Shown here: positions 38,919-41,223 of the stretch, piece after piece | How the letters are laid out: the number at the start of each line of letters is the position of its first letter | How positions within the stretch are numbered: position 1 is the stretch's first letter | DNA from: an uncultured Piscirickettsiaceae bacterium | GTDB lineage: Bacteria; Pseudomonadota; Gammaproteobacteria; Thiomicrospirales; Thiomicrospiraceae | Length of the DNA: 41,223 nucleotides | NCBI GenBank assembly: GCA_964565985.1 | Contig: CAZMHA010000002.1 | Span: 1 to 41,223 of the forward strand | Direction of reading: 5' to 3' | Position numbers and translations under genes: made by a program | Notes under the pieces: model-generated | What the model saw: the letters and a program-made list of their open reading frames with translations, nothing else | The model's database searches: none | What the model was told of the DNA's origin: nothing

Positions 38919-40310
38919 TTAATAACTTTTTGCGATTAAACCAACAGCTTGATGCTCAAGCGTATCAATAATTCGCTTGGTTTTTGCGACAATAAAGGTA
39001 TAGGCAAATAATAGCGGAATAGCCACGCTTAAACCTAGAACAGTTGTTACTAAAGCAGTAGATATACCTCCTGCCATTAATTTAGGGTCGCTAGTTCCAA
39101 ATAAGGTAATTGATTGGAAAGTAATAATCATCCCCGTAACCGTACCTAATAAACCTAATAATGGAGAAACTGCTGCAAGTAGTTTGATAAGGGTGTTATA
39201 CCTTTCTACAACGGGAACTTCTTTCATTATTGCTTCTTCAATTAAGGTTTCTTTTTGTTCATGTTTTTTATCTTTAGAATCCGCATAAGCAATTGCTATT
39301 CTTCCCAGTGGATTGTCTGCAGTTGGCTTATCTATATTTTTAATTTGTTTATCAATAGCCATAGAACTCATAGTTAGACAATAGTAACGGTAAGCAGCTA
39401 AAGACAATCCAATAAAACCAAGTATAAGAATAATGTAGCCAACTATCCCACCCTGATTAACTCTTTCGAATAGATTAGGCTTTTGAGTAAGCATGTTTAA
39501 AAGTTGCCCACGAGTTGGGTCAACCATAATTTTTACAAAACCATCACCACCAACTTCATCATCAAAATTTTCTGCGCTATTATGATAGCGAGAAGAAGGT
39601 TGCTTAAACAGTTTTTCAAACATATTGTTTTCTGGAGCATAAAGTAGAAAATCACCTTCTGAAACTGCAATATAAGACCCTACTCTAACCACTTCTTGCT
39701 GTTTTTTAGTGCCATCTAACTGCACAACAGGGGCATTAAATCTCGACACTTTACTACCTTCATCAAGCTCATTAAGCATAGTAAGCCACATTTTTTCTAA
39801 AACAGAAATTTCAGGCAAATCTTTTGCTTCAGAAAGTTCCTGCATAAAACTTACCCTATTAGGATAATGGATAGAAACTATTGAATGCTCAAAATTAGCT
39901 TGTAACTCGCCAGAAACCTGCCTAACCACACCAAAAAGCTCACCTAAATCACCAAGTTTTCTTTGTAGCTCTGCTTCTAAGATAGCAATTTCTTGCTCAT
40001 TTTCATCAATCGCACTTTTAAGGTTTTCACTTTCTAACTCAAGCATATCTCTTTCTTGTTGTGCTTTATCCAGTAAGTTAGAGCGTCTAGTTTTTTCTTT
40101 TAAAAACCATTTTTTCCTGTTTTTATCAACCAATAATTCGGTATTAGTATTGGCTTTTATTTGATTTAATAAATCCGTAAACGGTACAACCTTTTTAACA
40201 ACTTGGGTTTTATTATCTTTGTTAAGTGGCAAGGTTTTATTATCTTCCGCAGATAAAACTACCGAGTTAAAAGAAAGTAATAAAGTAAAGAGTATAGTTA
40301 ATTTCATCAT
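38919..40310 (-). CDS. ttpC: TtpC-like long MotA/TolQ/ExbB protein
   Basis: Signal peptide, coiled coil, LGELFGVVRQ, DPTRG, PLLGLLGTVTGMI, LMAGGIS.ALVTT. Confidence 0.88.
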   Translation of the reverse strand: MMKLTILFTLLLSFNSVVLSAEDNKTLPLNKDNKTQVVKKVVPFTDLLNQIKANTNTELLVDKNRKKWFLKEKTRRSNLLDKAQQERDMLELESENLKSAIDENEQEIAILEAELQRKLGDLGELFGVVRQVSGELQANFEHSIVSIHYPNRVSFMQELSEAKDLPEISVLEKMWLTMLNELDEGSKVSRFNAPVVQLDGTKKQQEVVRVGSYIAVSEGDFLLYAPENNMFEKLFKQPSSRYHNSAENFDDEVGGDGFVKIMVDPTRGQLLNMLTQKPNLFERVNQGGIVGYIILILGFIGLSLAAYRYYCLTMSSMAIDKQIKNIDKPTADNPLGRIAIAYADSKDKKHEQKETLIEEAIMKEVPVVERYNTLIKLLAAVSPLLGLLGTVTGMIITFQSITLFGTSDPKLMAGGISTALVTTVLGLSVAIPLLFAYTFIVAKTKRIIDTLEHQAVGLIAKSY

Positions 40311-41056
40311 CTTGCCTCCGCTGCTGGAACAGCTGCAAAGAATAAGTCTGGAGATTTCTGCCTCTTCGCTATTTTAATTGCTTTTACAATAGATACCTTA
40401 TAATCACCATCAAGCTCCTGCCACTTGCCATCGGTAATGTTCCATGCAGAACAAACAGACTCGTCAAAACTTAAATAATAAAAGCCTACTCTACCTAGTT
40501 TTAAGAAAGTTACCTTTTTATTATCAATTTCACCATCATAAGCCTCAATAGTATTGCCATAATCAATTTCAATCTGATAACCTTCTAAAATCTGCCTATA
40601 CTTAGCGGCAACACTTATGTCTGCTCTCTTCATGCTAGCTTTTAAAGTAGCCATTCTCTTACTTCTTTCGTGCGGTAAAAAAGGGTAATCAGAAGCAACG
40701 AAACTATCTAATGAATTTATCATTCGTTCCATAAAAGGCATAATCTTTAAAGCAGTAGCCTCAATACCCTTGATGGATTGATTAAAAGATATTTTTTCTG
40801 CTTCTTGCGAAGTAACTATATCTCGTAATTGACGATTATAAATACGGAAGTTTTCTATCTCTCCTTGCAAGCTTCTATACTTATCAAACATAACTGTAAT
40901 TTGTGCATCTGTTTCATTAATAAGTTGTTGAGAAGATTGTAAAGTTTGATTGGTTTGACTAATAACTTCCTTGCTTTGCTCTAACTTGTTAGCAGAAACT
41001 GCCGTTAGAGAATAACCAGAAAATAATAAAAGAACCAGAGCTCTCTTTAAAAACAT
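40307..41056 (-). CDS. DUF3450 family periplasmic protein (TtpB-like)
   Basis: Signal peptide, coiled coil, D.PF...ER..R, Y.IE.DYG, L.LGRV; first gene of the TonB2-type operon. Confidence 0.85.
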   Translation of the reverse strand: MFLKRALVLLLFSGYSLTAVSANKLEQSKEVISQTNQTLQSSQQLINETDAQITVMFDKYRSLQGEIENFRIYNRQLRDIVTSQEAEKISFNQSIKGIEATALKIMPFMERMINSLDSFVASDYPFLPHERSKRMATLKASMKRADISVAAKYRQILEGYQIEIDYGNTIEAYDGEIDNKKVTFLKLGRVGFYYLSFDESVCSAWNITDGKWQELDGDYKVSIVKAIKIAKRQKSPDLFFAAVPAAEAR

Positions 41057-41190
41057 AAAAAATCCTTAAGTAAGTTTTACAAATAAGCAAAAGATTGTAC
41101 CAGTAAATAAGCCATAAAAAAAATACAAGAGGCTATCTCAATACTATCTCATAAGTTTATCTATAACATTTAATCACTACTGTCCGATTT

Positions 41191-41216
41191 AAAACAAGCC
41201 TCCCTGAGCAGAGGCA
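41191..41216 (-). terminator. Possible terminator of an upstream gene beyond the window
   Basis: GCCTC-8 nt-GAGGC followed by TTGTTTT on the minus strand. Confidence 0.45.
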
Positions 41217-41223
41217 TCAAAAT

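Overview
AT-rich (about one third GC by eye) gammaproteobacterial chromosome segment, probably Thiomicrorhabdus/Hydrogenovibrio-like (inferred from gene order and protein style, not from a search). Most of it is core genome on the minus strand: gyrA-serC-pheA-hisC-tyrA-aroA-cmk-rpsA', a divergent ubiG-HAD phosphatase-SDR operon, yoaA-tsaB-unknown secreted protein, and the rpsB-tsf-pyrH-frr-uppS-cdsA-rseP-bamA-skp-lpxD-fabZ-lpxA-lpxB-rnhB cluster (no dxr, no dnaE). A zinc-free L36 gene missed by the ORF track lies at 15002-15127. A small accessory block (histidine phosphatase, dGTPase, tiny lipoprotein, Tat-exported two-subunit GMC dehydrogenase, cupin) precedes proS and a Vibrio-type TonB2 (ttpB-ttpC-exbB-exbD-tonB-ttpD) operon. 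No rRNA, tRNA, CRISPR or transposase was seen. The most unusual signals are: (1) seven G8-G14 tracts, six followed directly by TAA and four kept in frame inside genes; (2) a ~175-nt rod-like RNA upstream of the orphan L36 gene, with an exact 18-bp direct repeat bracketing the gene; (3) ribosomal protein S2 with a histone-H1-like repeat tail and an expanded t44 leader; (4) a dGTPase-phosphatase gene pair.
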